DNA from: an uncultured Verrucomicrobiae bacterium
GTDB taxonomy: Bacteria > Chlamydiota > Chlamydiia > Chlamydiales > Rhabdochlamydiaceae
Reading direction: 5' to 3'
Assembly (NCBI GenBank): GCA_963718565.1
Contig: OY970364.1
Span: 1,024,001 to 1,088,000 of the forward strand
DNA length: 64,000 nucleotides
How positions within the stretch are numbered: the first letter of the stretch is position 1; every line of letters begins with the position of its first letter. Shown here piece by piece: positions 19,230-28,616 of this stretch. Made by a program: the position numbers and the translations under genes. The notes under the pieces were generated by a model, which worked only from the letters and a program-made list of their open reading frames with translations, was not told the origin of the DNA and ran no database searches.

Positions 19230-19631
19230 CTAATCTGGTTTATACAAACAGTCACGATCACGAGCCTTAGCAGTAAGCTGTTTGGCTGTGGCTTTTATTC
19301 TGCTTTCAGAAGAAAGTTTGGAAAAATTAATGAGGGAATGAGACTTATCCTGAACAGGAGCTTCAATTGGGTCGCTTTCGATTGACAACGAGTCCAGTAT
19401 CGATACTTCTTCAACAGTTACCCCCCATACTCCTATTGACTGTAAGTTTTTTCCTTTTGTATGGAGATCAAAAGCCTCACGAGCTGAGGTCATAGAGCTA
19501 CGATTTACAGAAAGTTTCTTGTCATCCTTTTCTGTTGGTAAAAAGGCTTGGCTAGTCACACGAGATTCCCTAATGAAATTAGGATGCACCTGTCTCAAAA
19601 GAAGCTCATCTTGATCTTCAAAGGGGGCCAT
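19230..19631 (-). CDS. Hypothetical protein, possible ADP-ribosyltransferase-like fold
   Basis: LLLRQVHP...VTSQAF...KLSV...HSLI; 19 bp downstream of its partner gene. Confidence 0.7.
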   Translation of the reverse strand: MAPFEDQDELLLRQVHPNFIRESRVTSQAFLPTEKDDKKLSVNRSSMTSAREAFDLHTKGKNLQSIGVWGVTVEEVSILDSLSIESDPIEAPVQDKSHSLINFSKLSSESRIKATAKQLTAKARDRDCLYKPD

Positions 19632-19650
19632 AAAAGAGCTCTCATTATTT

Positions 19651-20793
19651 CTATTCGTGAATTTTACGCAATAAGTTATTCAAGAATTGCTTTGCTTTTT
19701 CAATGGATTCTTGATCTTGTAAAAACAACCTATCTTCCTGAACCGCTTGTGAATTAACGTGGGCCGCGTGTAAAACTACTGCTTTTTGAGCTGGCAGAAA
19801 TGAAAATGAGGTGTCCCAGTAACCAAGAGACCACTCACACTCGATTACGCCATGATCAGCGGGATAAATAAAAGGTGCCGGAATATCGCCAGCTTTTAAA
19901 AGATTTTCGAGCCATTCTCGCACAACAACAACATCTGATTGCCTAAACGTTTCTCCACTGCCATCTAGCCAGCCTTTTTTTAAATCCCCCAGGGTGTCAA
20001 ATTGTGCCTTGGGATTTGGAAAGAATTCGGGGATGCCCTCTTGATAAACAATAAGATGTTGCAGTTTTTTGATTTCAGCTACAGAACCATCCGGTTGATA
20101 CCTAGCTAATCCCACTAGTGTCACTGCGATGTCTTGTTTTTTGTACTTGGGAGCGATATCTCTCAGCAGCATATCAAATGAGGGGTCAAGAGGTCCTTCG
20201 ATAGCTTGACCATCTTCAAGCACAACAAATAATTTTCTTTTTTCAGCCTCAAATCCAGATATAGAGCCGGTGAGATAGCAAACATCAAGATAAGGTCTTT
20301 TATTGATAGACAGAATTTTCGATCGAATTTCTTTAGAGTAGATAGATGAAGTATTTTTTCTAGGTATCCGTAATTCTATAGAATCGCCCTGGTCCAGACT
20401 TTTGCCCAAGTCCTCAAAAAGAGAGATAACTTTCTTAGGAAATTTTTCAAACGGTTTCTGAGTGCTAACTGAAGAAATGAACTCATTTAGTAAATCACGA
20501 GCTTGATCAAACTCATCTTCTTCCTTATGTTCACTTTCAAATTCACGGGACAAAACAGATACAACGCTTCCAGGTTCAATGTCAGTTAGACTTAATTTGA
20601 AACGTTCTTGAAAGGCTTTTGGAAGACGCGTCTTACCTTTATGAGTGGAAAAATACAGTTCCTTTGCTATTGCACGAATAATGGCCTCGTAAGCCATGAA
20701 ATCAGGAAATGCCTGAATAGGCAGATGATGATTAGTAAAACGATCTCCTTTGAACACGGGTTCAATGAATGGAATCGAAAAATCTTTTTTCAT
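19651..20793 (-). CDS. Multidomain hypothetical protein
   Basis: F.GDRF..H.LP N-terminus, beta-rich middle, C-terminal L..GWLDG.G...PFIYP..HG.I..EW. Confidence 0.75.
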   Translation of the reverse strand: MKKDFSIPFIEPVFKGDRFTNHHLPIQAFPDFMAYEAIIRAIAKELYFSTHKGKTRLPKAFQERFKLSLTDIEPGSVVSVLSREFESEHKEEDEFDQARDLLNEFISSVSTQKPFEKFPKKVISLFEDLGKSLDQGDSIELRIPRKNTSSIYSKEIRSKILSINKRPYLDVCYLTGSISGFEAEKRKLFVVLEDGQAIEGPLDPSFDMLLRDIAPKYKKQDIAVTLVGLARYQPDGSVAEIKKLQHLIVYQEGIPEFFPNPKAQFDTLGDLKKGWLDGSGETFRQSDVVVVREWLENLLKAGDIPAPFIYPADHGVIECEWSLGYWDTSFSFLPAQKAVVLHAAHVNSQAVQEDRLFLQDQESIEKAKQFLNNLLRKIHE

Positions 20794-21099
20794 GCTCTAA
20801 CGTGCCTAATATTTAGACTCCTCAGCCCTACGCGAACTGATCAGTCATGTTGCAAAAAGGGTATCAACAAAGCTAAAAAATTGCATCCAATAAAAACCAC
20901 CGAGTGTACCTCAAATCTCTAATCTTCGTGAATCGTGAAATTCTCCTTACGACCTTCTTCTGCGGATGGGCTAGAAGGAGGAAGCAATCTGTTGTAACTT
21001 ACTATAAGAGATTTACTCGAATAGCCCACCGGTTTTCATACGATCCAAACCATCTAAATCGATAGCTATTGCGCTGCCTCTGCACCGCACGGTTCAAAT

Positions 21100-24000
21100 C
21101 TATAGTTTTGCGTTACTCATGCGAGCCTTTAATCCTTCATAAAGTTGTGCAGGTCCCAGTAAAACATCTTTTAGGCCTTGACGCACCTTTGGCGAATCCA
21201 AAGCCTGTCTGCTCATAGTAGAATGTGCACTAAGAGCATCCATGATCGCCATTTCAATTCCCCTAGCCAAATCGGATGAATTAGCAAACTGCTCTTTGGA
21301 ATTACTTGCTGCCTGCTGCATCAAGGTTGTTGATTCCATCAGTTTTCCCTTGATCACGTTATTGACATACACCAGCTTATCCTCATCTGTCAGTTCCCCA
21401 TCAAATAAGTCATTCACCTGTTCGATAATTTCGATAAGGAATGCTTTTTCCTTTGTTTGTACAGAACCTGAGCCGGATTCTGTAATCGGTTGTAATTTAG
21501 TAGGCTCACTATCTCCTAGTGGCAAATCGCTCTTACCCTGATTTTTTAGATTGTGATGAGTGAGGACGATTTTTGAGAGGTCGATCCCTTCGCGCTCACG
21601 TCCAAACTCTAGCAGAGGAAGTAGTCGTTTGTAAAAAATGAACCGCTTTTCAATAGCAGTGTTTCCATAATCAAAAATTTGAGAAAGAAATGTGTACATA
21701 TGCTGAAATGATCCAATATCGCGTTTGAAAAGTTCCAATGCATTCAGTTCATTTTGGGCCTTTTCTTCACCTACCAAATCCTCTGCTGCCTTGGCTAACT
21801 TGAGTTCCTCTTGAGCCTTTTTGTAATTCCTCAAGAGTCGATATGCAACAGGTTCCAATGCTTTAAAGAGTTCGCTCTGTTTAGCAAGAGGATTTAATGC
21901 CACCTCAATTACGCGATCGACATCAGAATCATCATAGTATCCCGCCTGATCCAACTTAGCGCGCAAATTGAACACTAAATTCGGATCCGTGACGTCTTCC
22001 AGTTCCGCTGTAGTGTGATATGTTTTGAATGCATCCAGGACCTCTATCACATTGTTCACAAAATCCAATACATAGGTCGTTTCCTTACCGGAATGGGCCC
22101 GATTTAGACGAGAAAGCGTTTGAACCGCCTGGATTCCTCCCAATTTCTTATCCACGTACATACCGCATAACAAGCTTTGATCGAAACCCGTTTGGAATTT
22201 ATTGGCAACCAGCAGGATTTGATATTCGTCAGTGGCGAAGGCTTCGCTTATCTCTCGTCCACGCAAATTAGGATTTAATGCCTTATTGTTTTCTGTAAAG
22301 GGGTCGGGACCGGATTCTATATCGATGACTTCCCCAGAAAATGCCACTAGAGTACCGATTTTATACCCCTCGCCGCGGATATATCGATCTATGGCCAACT
22401 TCCAACGTACCGCCTCAACGCGACTTCCTACAACCACCATAGCCTTGGCTTGACCATTTAGCAAAGGTGCGACATTTTCGCGGTAGTGTTCTACAACGAT
22501 TTGGACTTTTTGAGAGATGTTATAGGGATGCAGCCGTACCCAGCGCATGATGTCTTTTTTTGCAGTACTCCGTTCAATTTCCTTTTCATCATATTCCTGA
22601 CCATCATTTGCCAATTTGAATGCCAATTTATAAGGCATATAGTTTTTCAGTACATCAAGTATAAATCGCTCTTCAATCGCTTGGCGCATGGTATAGACAT
22701 GAAAGAGCATGGGTAGATTATCGGGTCCAGCTGGACAATCAGGGCGAGGGCGACGGCCGAATAATTCGATGGTTTTCGCCTTAGGCGTAGCCGTAAAGGC
22801 TATATAGGTAATGCCCACCTCTTTAGCACGAGCTGCCATTTGGGCTGTTAATAAATCTTCAGTGCTGACTCCGCCTCCGTCTTGCAATTCTTGAAGTTCC
22901 TCTGATGACAGTACTGCTTTCAATTTGGCGGCAGCTTCCCCCGTTTGTGACGAGTGGGCTTCATCAGCGATCACTGCAAAGCTTTTACCCTGAGTCGCAA
23001 GCTTCTGCACAGTCTTGAGGGCATGAGGGAATGTTTGAATTGTACACACTACGATTTTCTTATCGCCAGATAAGGCCTGAGCCAGTTCTTCGCTCTTGCT
23101 CGCACCTTCTCCCTTAATAGTTGCAACAACCCCGGTAGTGCGCTCGAATTCAAATATTGCTTCCTGTAACTGAGTATCAATCACGTTACGATCTGACACC
23201 ACAAGAATCGAGTCAAAAAGCTTTTTGTTCTGTGAATCATGCAAGTCGGCAAGAAAATGTGCTGACCATGCGATAGAATTGGTTTTTCCTGATCCAGCGG
23301 AGTGTTGGATGAGATATTTACCGCCTGGTCCTTCTTGTAATACAGCAGCGACAAGTTTGCGAGTGGCATCCAGTTGATGAAAGCGGGGAAAGACAACACT
23401 TTCGATCTGTTTCTTGCCATTCTTGTGGGTCACGAGATAACGGCCCAGTATTTCGAGCCAGCTATCTCTAGACAAGACATTTTCCCACAGGTAAGCAGTG
23501 CAGTGGCCATGCTCATTCAGGGGGTTTCCAGCCGCACCATCAGGACACCCTTGATTAAAAGGCAGAAATCGAGTCACTGCGCCTTCCAACTTTGTAGTCA
23601 TGCGTACTTCTCTATTGCTCACAGCAAAATGGACTAGCGCCCCATTCGGGAATGATAGTAGCGGTTCCGCGGCATGTCCTTGAGGTTTTGGAAGGCGATC
23701 GAAACGATACTGATCTACCGCGTCCTCGACGCTCTGCGTAAAATCAGTTTTAAGCTCAATAGTGGCTACTGGAAGTCCATTCAGGAAGAGTACTAGATCG
23801 ATACAGCTTTCGTTATGCAGCGAATAACGCACCTGTCGTATCACGCGCAGACGATTTGCATTGTATTTGGCCAGAATGTCAGAATTTAAGGTGTGTGCTG
23901 GTTTAAATTGTGCCAGGTTCAATGGCTGACGTGCCCCGTGTATTTCAAAGCCATGTCGCAATATCTCCAGCGTGCCACGTGTATCCAGTTGAGCACGTAG

Positions 24001-24219
24001 CCGTGTGACCAATATCTCGCCGGCTTGTGGGCCGTGGCTTTTAACGAGAGTTTCCCATGCATTAGGCTGAGTAGACTGGACCCATCCGATCACGTCATAG
24101 GGATACAGAGCTCTAGCCCGGTCGTATCGGAAGGCATCGTCCTCAGCATAGAGCCAGCCGTGAGCGGCCAGATGGTCACAAATTTCTTTCTCAAAGCTTA
24201 TTTCATTATGTAGGCTCAT
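21100..24219 (-). CDS. hsdR: Type I restriction endonuclease subunit R
   Basis: DLVLFLNGLPVATIELK, QHSAGSGKT, DEAHSS, FTATPK, KFQTGFD, QTLSRLNR. Confidence 0.95.
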   Translation of the reverse strand: MSLHNEISFEKEICDHLAAHGWLYAEDDAFRYDRARALYPYDVIGWVQSTQPNAWETLVKSHGPQAGEILVTRLRAQLDTRGTLEILRHGFEIHGARQPLNLAQFKPAHTLNSDILAKYNANRLRVIRQVRYSLHNESCIDLVLFLNGLPVATIELKTDFTQSVEDAVDQYRFDRLPKPQGHAAEPLLSFPNGALVHFAVSNREVRMTTKLEGAVTRFLPFNQGCPDGAAGNPLNEHGHCTAYLWENVLSRDSWLEILGRYLVTHKNGKKQIESVVFPRFHQLDATRKLVAAVLQEGPGGKYLIQHSAGSGKTNSIAWSAHFLADLHDSQNKKLFDSILVVSDRNVIDTQLQEAIFEFERTTGVVATIKGEGASKSEELAQALSGDKKIVVCTIQTFPHALKTVQKLATQGKSFAVIADEAHSSQTGEAAAKLKAVLSSEELQELQDGGGVSTEDLLTAQMAARAKEVGITYIAFTATPKAKTIELFGRRPRPDCPAGPDNLPMLFHVYTMRQAIEERFILDVLKNYMPYKLAFKLANDGQEYDEKEIERSTAKKDIMRWVRLHPYNISQKVQIVVEHYRENVAPLLNGQAKAMVVVGSRVEAVRWKLAIDRYIRGEGYKIGTLVAFSGEVIDIESGPDPFTENNKALNPNLRGREISEAFATDEYQILLVANKFQTGFDQSLLCGMYVDKKLGGIQAVQTLSRLNRAHSGKETTYVLDFVNNVIEVLDAFKTYHTTAELEDVTDPNLVFNLRAKLDQAGYYDDSDVDRVIEVALNPLAKQSELFKALEPVAYRLLRNYKKAQEELKLAKAAEDLVGEEKAQNELNALELFKRDIGSFQHMYTFLSQIFDYGNTAIEKRFIFYKRLLPLLEFGREREGIDLSKIVLTHHNLKNQGKSDLPLGDSEPTKLQPITESGSGSVQTKEKAFLIEIIEQVNDLFDGELTDEDKLVYVNNVIKGKLMESTTLMQQAASNSKEQFANSSDLARGIEMAIMDALSAHSTMSRQALDSPKVRQGLKDVLLGPAQLYEGLKARMSNAKL

Positions 24220-26600
24220 GGAGTCTCCTGCTGGACGAGTTGGCGCACATCGATTTTACCAGTCACTGCAGCGGAGATGAGGGCCTTACGCTGTTCTTGG
24301 AAGAGGGTGAGAACCGTATTAAATTCAGTTATGAGAGCATCGGTTTTGGCAAGAAATGCAGCAATCGCTGCTTGTTCGGAAAGAGGAGGGGAAGGGATGA
24401 GAATATTCTTCATTTCAGAGAAATGAGTACTCCAGAGATCAGCTGCAATTCCTTTGCCATTCCTGTAAAATTCATCTTGAAAGGGGGGGCTTCTTAATAA
24501 ATAGTGCGTAAAATATTTCGTTATATCAATAGGTTGAAGAACAATGTTAATAAGAGACACTGACCCGTCTTGCGAGGCTATGCCTGAAGATCCTTTGCGA
24601 TCTGAACGACTATTAATTACAAAATCTCCAGAACAAACTTTTTTTCGATTATCACCATCATCAGTTTTTACTGCTGTATCCAATTGCGGCACCACACCAT
24701 TTTTAGTTACTGACAATGGCATATATTCAGTATCACTGACCTTTTCGCGACGTTCATGAAAAAAAGTTCCCAGGCGATCCACATTCCAATGTTCCGGCAC
24801 ATTTTCTAACCATCCCACCCCGCTGTCTTTATATTGTTCATACTCCTTAAAACTCGTGGGTGTTTCTATATTTTTAAGCATCTCTAAAATTCGATGGGTC
24901 GCATTTTTCAGCTCAGCATCAATCACCTCAAGCTTTCTAAATGGTTTAAATACATAAAAGTGACGATTAAACGGGATTTCGTATCCTATCTTAGTTTTTC
25001 CATGATTAATCCAGGCTTTTGGGCTACGGGGCAAAATTTCTTTCCTAAAATATTCTTCTATGTTTTCAACTAGAGGGACGTTTTCCGTAGCTCTCAGCTC
25101 AATATTTGGAAGTTGGTTACCTTTCTGTTTCCCTTTAGTACCTATTACTACATTTCCTCTCTCATCATGCATCGGCTGTTCAACTGTGATTGCCCTATAT
25201 CCAAACTCTTCGTTTTTGAAGATTTTGCTTGATAAAACCCCGGCTTTTTCAGTCTCTACAAAATCACCAAATAATCGTGTTATTTCGACAACCTGCTCAT
25301 CATTTAGTTCTTTACGTTTTTCACCAACGCATTTGTGCATTTTTTGCCAAAAATTGCTGGCATCAATCAGTTGAACTTTGCCTTTTCTTTCTTGGGTTTT
25401 GCGGTTGGAGAGAATCCAGATATAAGTGGGGAGGCCTGTGTTATAGAACATGTCCGTGGGTAATGCGATTATTGCTTCTAATAAATCATTCTCGAGCACA
25501 TACCTACGTATTTCACTTTCGCCTGAGCCGGCATCTCCAGTATGAAGAGAAGAGCTGTTTAGAACGATGCCGATTTTGCTGCCGCCATCTTTCGCTGGTC
25601 GCATTTTGGAAATGAGGTGGAGAAGAAAAAGAAGAGAACCATCGCTGACTCTCGGCAAACCAGGACCAAATCGTCCGCTGAAGCCTTGGGTTTCGTGTTC
25701 TTTGCGAACTTCCTTTTCGACTTTTTTCCATTCTACGCCAAAAGGAGGATTAGAGAGCATATAGTCAAATACCTTATGAGGGTGACCATCCTTGGAAAGG
25801 GTGTTATCGTAGATAATATTAGCGATTTCCTGTCCCTTGATGAGCATGTCAGCTTTGCAAATTGCGTACGATTCGGGATTGAGTTCTTGGCCGTATACGG
25901 TAAGTTGAGCTTGTGGATTGTGTCCTGCGAGATGTTCGCTGGCTACCGATAACATACCACCTGTACCAGCTGTAGGGTCATAAAGAGTCCGTACTACGCC
26001 TGATTTAGACAAAATTTCATCATCTTCGATGAATAACAAGTTGACCATGAGCTTGATAACTTCGCGCGGGGTAAAATGTTCTCCGGCAGTCTCGTTAGAG
26101 ATTTCCGCATAGTTGCGAAGTAGTTCTTCAAAGATCAGTCCCATCTGGGTATTGTCCACTGATTCCGGATGTAGATCTATTTTTGCAAATTTTTCAGCCA
26201 CTTGATACAAGAGGGCGTATTTATTAAGGCGTTCGATTTGAGTAAAGAAGTCAAAGTGCTCGAAGATATCGCGCACTGAAGATGAGAAGCCTTGAATGTA
26301 AGCGAACAAATTTTCTTTGATATGATCTGTGTCTCCCATAAGTTTTTTCATATCCAAGGGCGAGGTATTATAAAAACTCTGCCCAGACTTGCGCAGCAAG
26401 AACAACTCGGGGTTCACCTCAGCTTTTTGTTTATTAGAGAGCTCCGTCAGCACAGCTTCCTTGGTAGGGTTGAGTACACAATCCATCCGGCGCAGTACCG
26501 TAAAGGGTAGGATGACCTTCCCGTAATCGGATTGTTTGTATTCGCCACGTAATAAATCAGCTATAGACAAAATGAAAGAAGAAAGTGATTGATGATTCAT
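24216..26600 (-). CDS. hsdM: Type I m6A methyltransferase HsdM fused to a single-TRD half HsdS
   Basis: GEHFTP, DPTAGTGG, NPPF, KIGYEIPFNRHFY; then in frame YKDSGVGWLENVPEHW-TRD-PPLSEQAAIAAFL...ALISAAVTGKIDV. Confidence 0.9.
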   Translation of the reverse strand: MNHQSLSSFILSIADLLRGEYKQSDYGKVILPFTVLRRMDCVLNPTKEAVLTELSNKQKAEVNPELFLLRKSGQSFYNTSPLDMKKLMGDTDHIKENLFAYIQGFSSSVRDIFEHFDFFTQIERLNKYALLYQVAEKFAKIDLHPESVDNTQMGLIFEELLRNYAEISNETAGEHFTPREVIKLMVNLLFIEDDEILSKSGVVRTLYDPTAGTGGMLSVASEHLAGHNPQAQLTVYGQELNPESYAICKADMLIKGQEIANIIYDNTLSKDGHPHKVFDYMLSNPPFGVEWKKVEKEVRKEHETQGFSGRFGPGLPRVSDGSLLFLLHLISKMRPAKDGGSKIGIVLNSSSLHTGDAGSGESEIRRYVLENDLLEAIIALPTDMFYNTGLPTYIWILSNRKTQERKGKVQLIDASNFWQKMHKCVGEKRKELNDEQVVEITRLFGDFVETEKAGVLSSKIFKNEEFGYRAITVEQPMHDERGNVVIGTKGKQKGNQLPNIELRATENVPLVENIEEYFRKEILPRSPKAWINHGKTKIGYEIPFNRHFYVFKPFRKLEVIDAELKNATHRILEMLKNIETPTSFKEYEQYKDSGVGWLENVPEHWNVDRLGTFFHERREKVSDTEYMPLSVTKNGVVPQLDTAVKTDDGDNRKKVCSGDFVINSRSDRKGSSGIASQDGSVSLINIVLQPIDITKYFTHYLLRSPPFQDEFYRNGKGIAADLWSTHFSEMKNILIPSPPLSEQAAIAAFLAKTDALITEFNTVLTLFQEQRKALISAAVTGKIDVRQLVQQETP

Positions 26601-26816
26601 GTGCTAAAGCCTCACTCTTGATAAACTAATTTTTTCTTGAAAACAGACACTCTTTTATTTATGTAGTTCATTTCAAATTTTTGGATCAAGAAATGGATTT
26701 GTTGCGCAAATAGATTTCTGTCTGTTTATTTTGCTATTGCTTGATGTATAATACAATGACTTCGTAGATTAAATGTACATTAAATCATTATTTGACTATA
26801 TTGTTGATTTTTTATT

Positions 26817-27572
26817 ATGACTTATAATTCCGATCGTTCTAGAAATTTATTTTCTTCAAACGAGGCAAAGCCGTTCAAACTGAGTCGTTCGAAAATTCAG
26901 GACTTTCTCAACTGTCCACGCTGTTTTTATCTCGATCGGAAATGTGGCACAGGCCGCCCACCCTCCTATCCATTCACTCTCAATAACGCCGTCGATACCC
27001 TTCTAAAAAAAGAATTCGATAAATATAGAGCAGCCTGTGAGCCCCACCCTCTGATGATTGAGCATGGGGTCAATGCTATTCCCTTTACCCATCCTGACCT
27101 GGAAGCTTGGAGGCAAAATTTCAAAGGTGTGCAGTACACACATGAGCCAACAAAATTTACCGTTACCGGCGCCGTAGATGACCTGTGGATCAATTCGGTC
27201 GGAGAGCTGGTCATTGTGGATTACAAAGCGACTTCAACGACCAAAGAGATAACGCTCGATGAGGAGTACCGTAAAGCCTACAAGAAACAGATGGAGATCT
27301 ATCAATGGCTGCTGAGGCGAAAAGGGTTCCATGTGTCAAACACCGGTTATTTCGTTTATTGCAATGGAGATAGCTCCAAAGAATTATTTGGAAAGAAGCT
27401 TGAATTTTCGATCTTTGTTATTCCCTATACTGGGGATGATTCCTGGGTAGAACCGACTCTGTTTGAGATTCGCACATGTCTCGAATCGGATGAGTTCCCG
27501 CAAGTCACGGCGTCTTGCGATTTTTGCAATTATCGGGCAGCAGTTCGAAAGCATCTCAAAGACATAGAATAA
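26817..27572 (+). CDS. PD-(D/E)XK nuclease (PDDEXK_1/RecB-like, Cys cluster)
   Basis: LSRSKI..F..CPRCFY, GAVDD, IVDYK, QMEIY, CDFC. Confidence 0.88.
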   Translation: MTYNSDRSRNLFSSNEAKPFKLSRSKIQDFLNCPRCFYLDRKCGTGRPPSYPFTLNNAVDTLLKKEFDKYRAACEPHPLMIEHGVNAIPFTHPDLEAWRQNFKGVQYTHEPTKFTVTGAVDDLWINSVGELVIVDYKATSTTKEITLDEEYRKAYKKQMEIYQWLLRRKGFHVSNTGYFVYCNGDSSKELFGKKLEFSIFVIPYTGDDSWVEPTLFEIRTCLESDEFPQVTASCDFCNYRAAVRKHLKDIE

Positions 27573-27588
27573 AGTAGGGAACATTTGT

Positions 27589-27837
27589 TTAATTATCGAA
27601 CGATTGCAAAAGGTTTTTGCTGTGACGGATTAAAGTCATAGCCTCCCGGTGCAAGGCTCGGGCTTCTTGTGTGTTCCCACCATGTCGTAGGGCTGCCCGG
27701 CGAGCGCTCTCTTTTCCCTTTTTGGTTTTCGGCCCTCTTGAAGTTCCCCCGTGCATATGACAGGTATGCCTTCCGCGGACAGCCCATTTGAGGCACCCTT
27801 GCTTCGATCTTTTACTTTTTGCTGTACACCGAGCCAC
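27589..27837 (-). CDS. HGGxSTG-domain protein
   Basis: RCTAKSKRS..GC...CHMHGGTSRGPKTKKGK...ALRHG. Confidence 0.88.
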   Translation of the reverse strand: MARCTAKSKRSKQGCLKWAVRGRHTCHMHGGTSRGPKTKKGKESARRAALRHGGNTQEARALHREAMTLIRHSKNLLQSFDN

Positions 27838-27852
27838 AATGATCCAAGGGGT

Positions 27853-28476
27853 TCAATTCTCGAATTTTTTCTGTACCCCCTCTCCTACCATCGGTGGAGA
27901 GAGACTTTGGGCTACTATTGCCTGCCCTTCATTGTAAAAGTGAACAACCTGAACTGTCTGCTGTCCGCCAGAGCGGTATTTTAGAACAGCCTGCATGGTT
28001 TGATTGGCCGTATTTAAAAGCTTGTTAGCCAAGTTAAAGAGCCTTTCCTGATGGTAGAATCCTTGGTCAGGTAGATTGGCCAACCTTAGGCACTTCATTC
28101 CTGAATCCTGAAGTGCGAGAAACTGACCAAATAGCATTGCTTCAGCTTCATCTTTGGGCCGTAAGGATGGCAGAAAAATTGATATTTCATTCAATCTGGT
28201 GTCATGTCTTTCCGCTGTCATTCCATATGCAATTTTTCTTAAGATTCCTTCTCCTATTGCCAAGTCAGTGGCCCCAGTTGTTCTTTTTAATGCCCTTGTT
28301 ATGCTCTGGGTATCCAGCTTGCTTCCATCCGATAGTTCAAGATGATCAAACTCATTTTTTCCTGTCTCAGGATTAAATTTATATTTCCATTTGAGAAAAG
28401 GTTGGTCACTTCCAGGGCTAATTACTCCTGGTGCCACCTCCTGTGAACTTCTGTTTACTTCATCGGGTTTGTTCAT
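27853..28476 (-). CDS. Hypothetical protein of the type found upstream of HGGxSTG genes
   Basis: PKDEAEAML..Q...KYRSGGQQTVQVVH....GQAIV; AAGGAG RBS. Confidence 0.8.
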   Translation of the reverse strand: MNKPDEVNRSSQEVAPGVISPGSDQPFLKWKYKFNPETGKNEFDHLELSDGSKLDTQSITRALKRTTGATDLAIGEGILRKIAYGMTAERHDTRLNEISIFLPSLRPKDEAEAMLFGQFLALQDSGMKCLRLANLPDQGFYHQERLFNLANKLLNTANQTMQAVLKYRSGGQQTVQVVHFYNEGQAIVAQSLSPPMVGEGVQKKFEN

Positions 28477-28503
28477 AATTTTGCTCCTTTAGTATGAGAA
28501 TCC

Positions 28504-28615
28504 AGTGGATCACGAGGTTCTCGTGGATCTGTTTGCATTCCCTTTCTGATTTTTCTTGTGAGCAATTCTTTTGCGACTCAAAAGAAAATGATCCACCAGA
28601 TCCTCGAGATCCTCG
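28504..28615. promoter_or_regulatory. Putative replication origin of element A: 3+3 inverted 9-bp iterons
   Basis: AGTGGATCA-CGAGGTTCT-CGTGGATCT, 58-bp spacer, TGATCCACC-AGATCCTCG-AGATCCTCG; abuts the primase stop. Confidence 0.65.
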
Positions 28616-28616
28616 A

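Noticed and set aside
26817..27572. Cas4 or CRISPR adaptation gene
   Set aside because: No repeat-spacer array or other cas genes were seen; treated as a stand-alone PD-(D/E)XK nuclease
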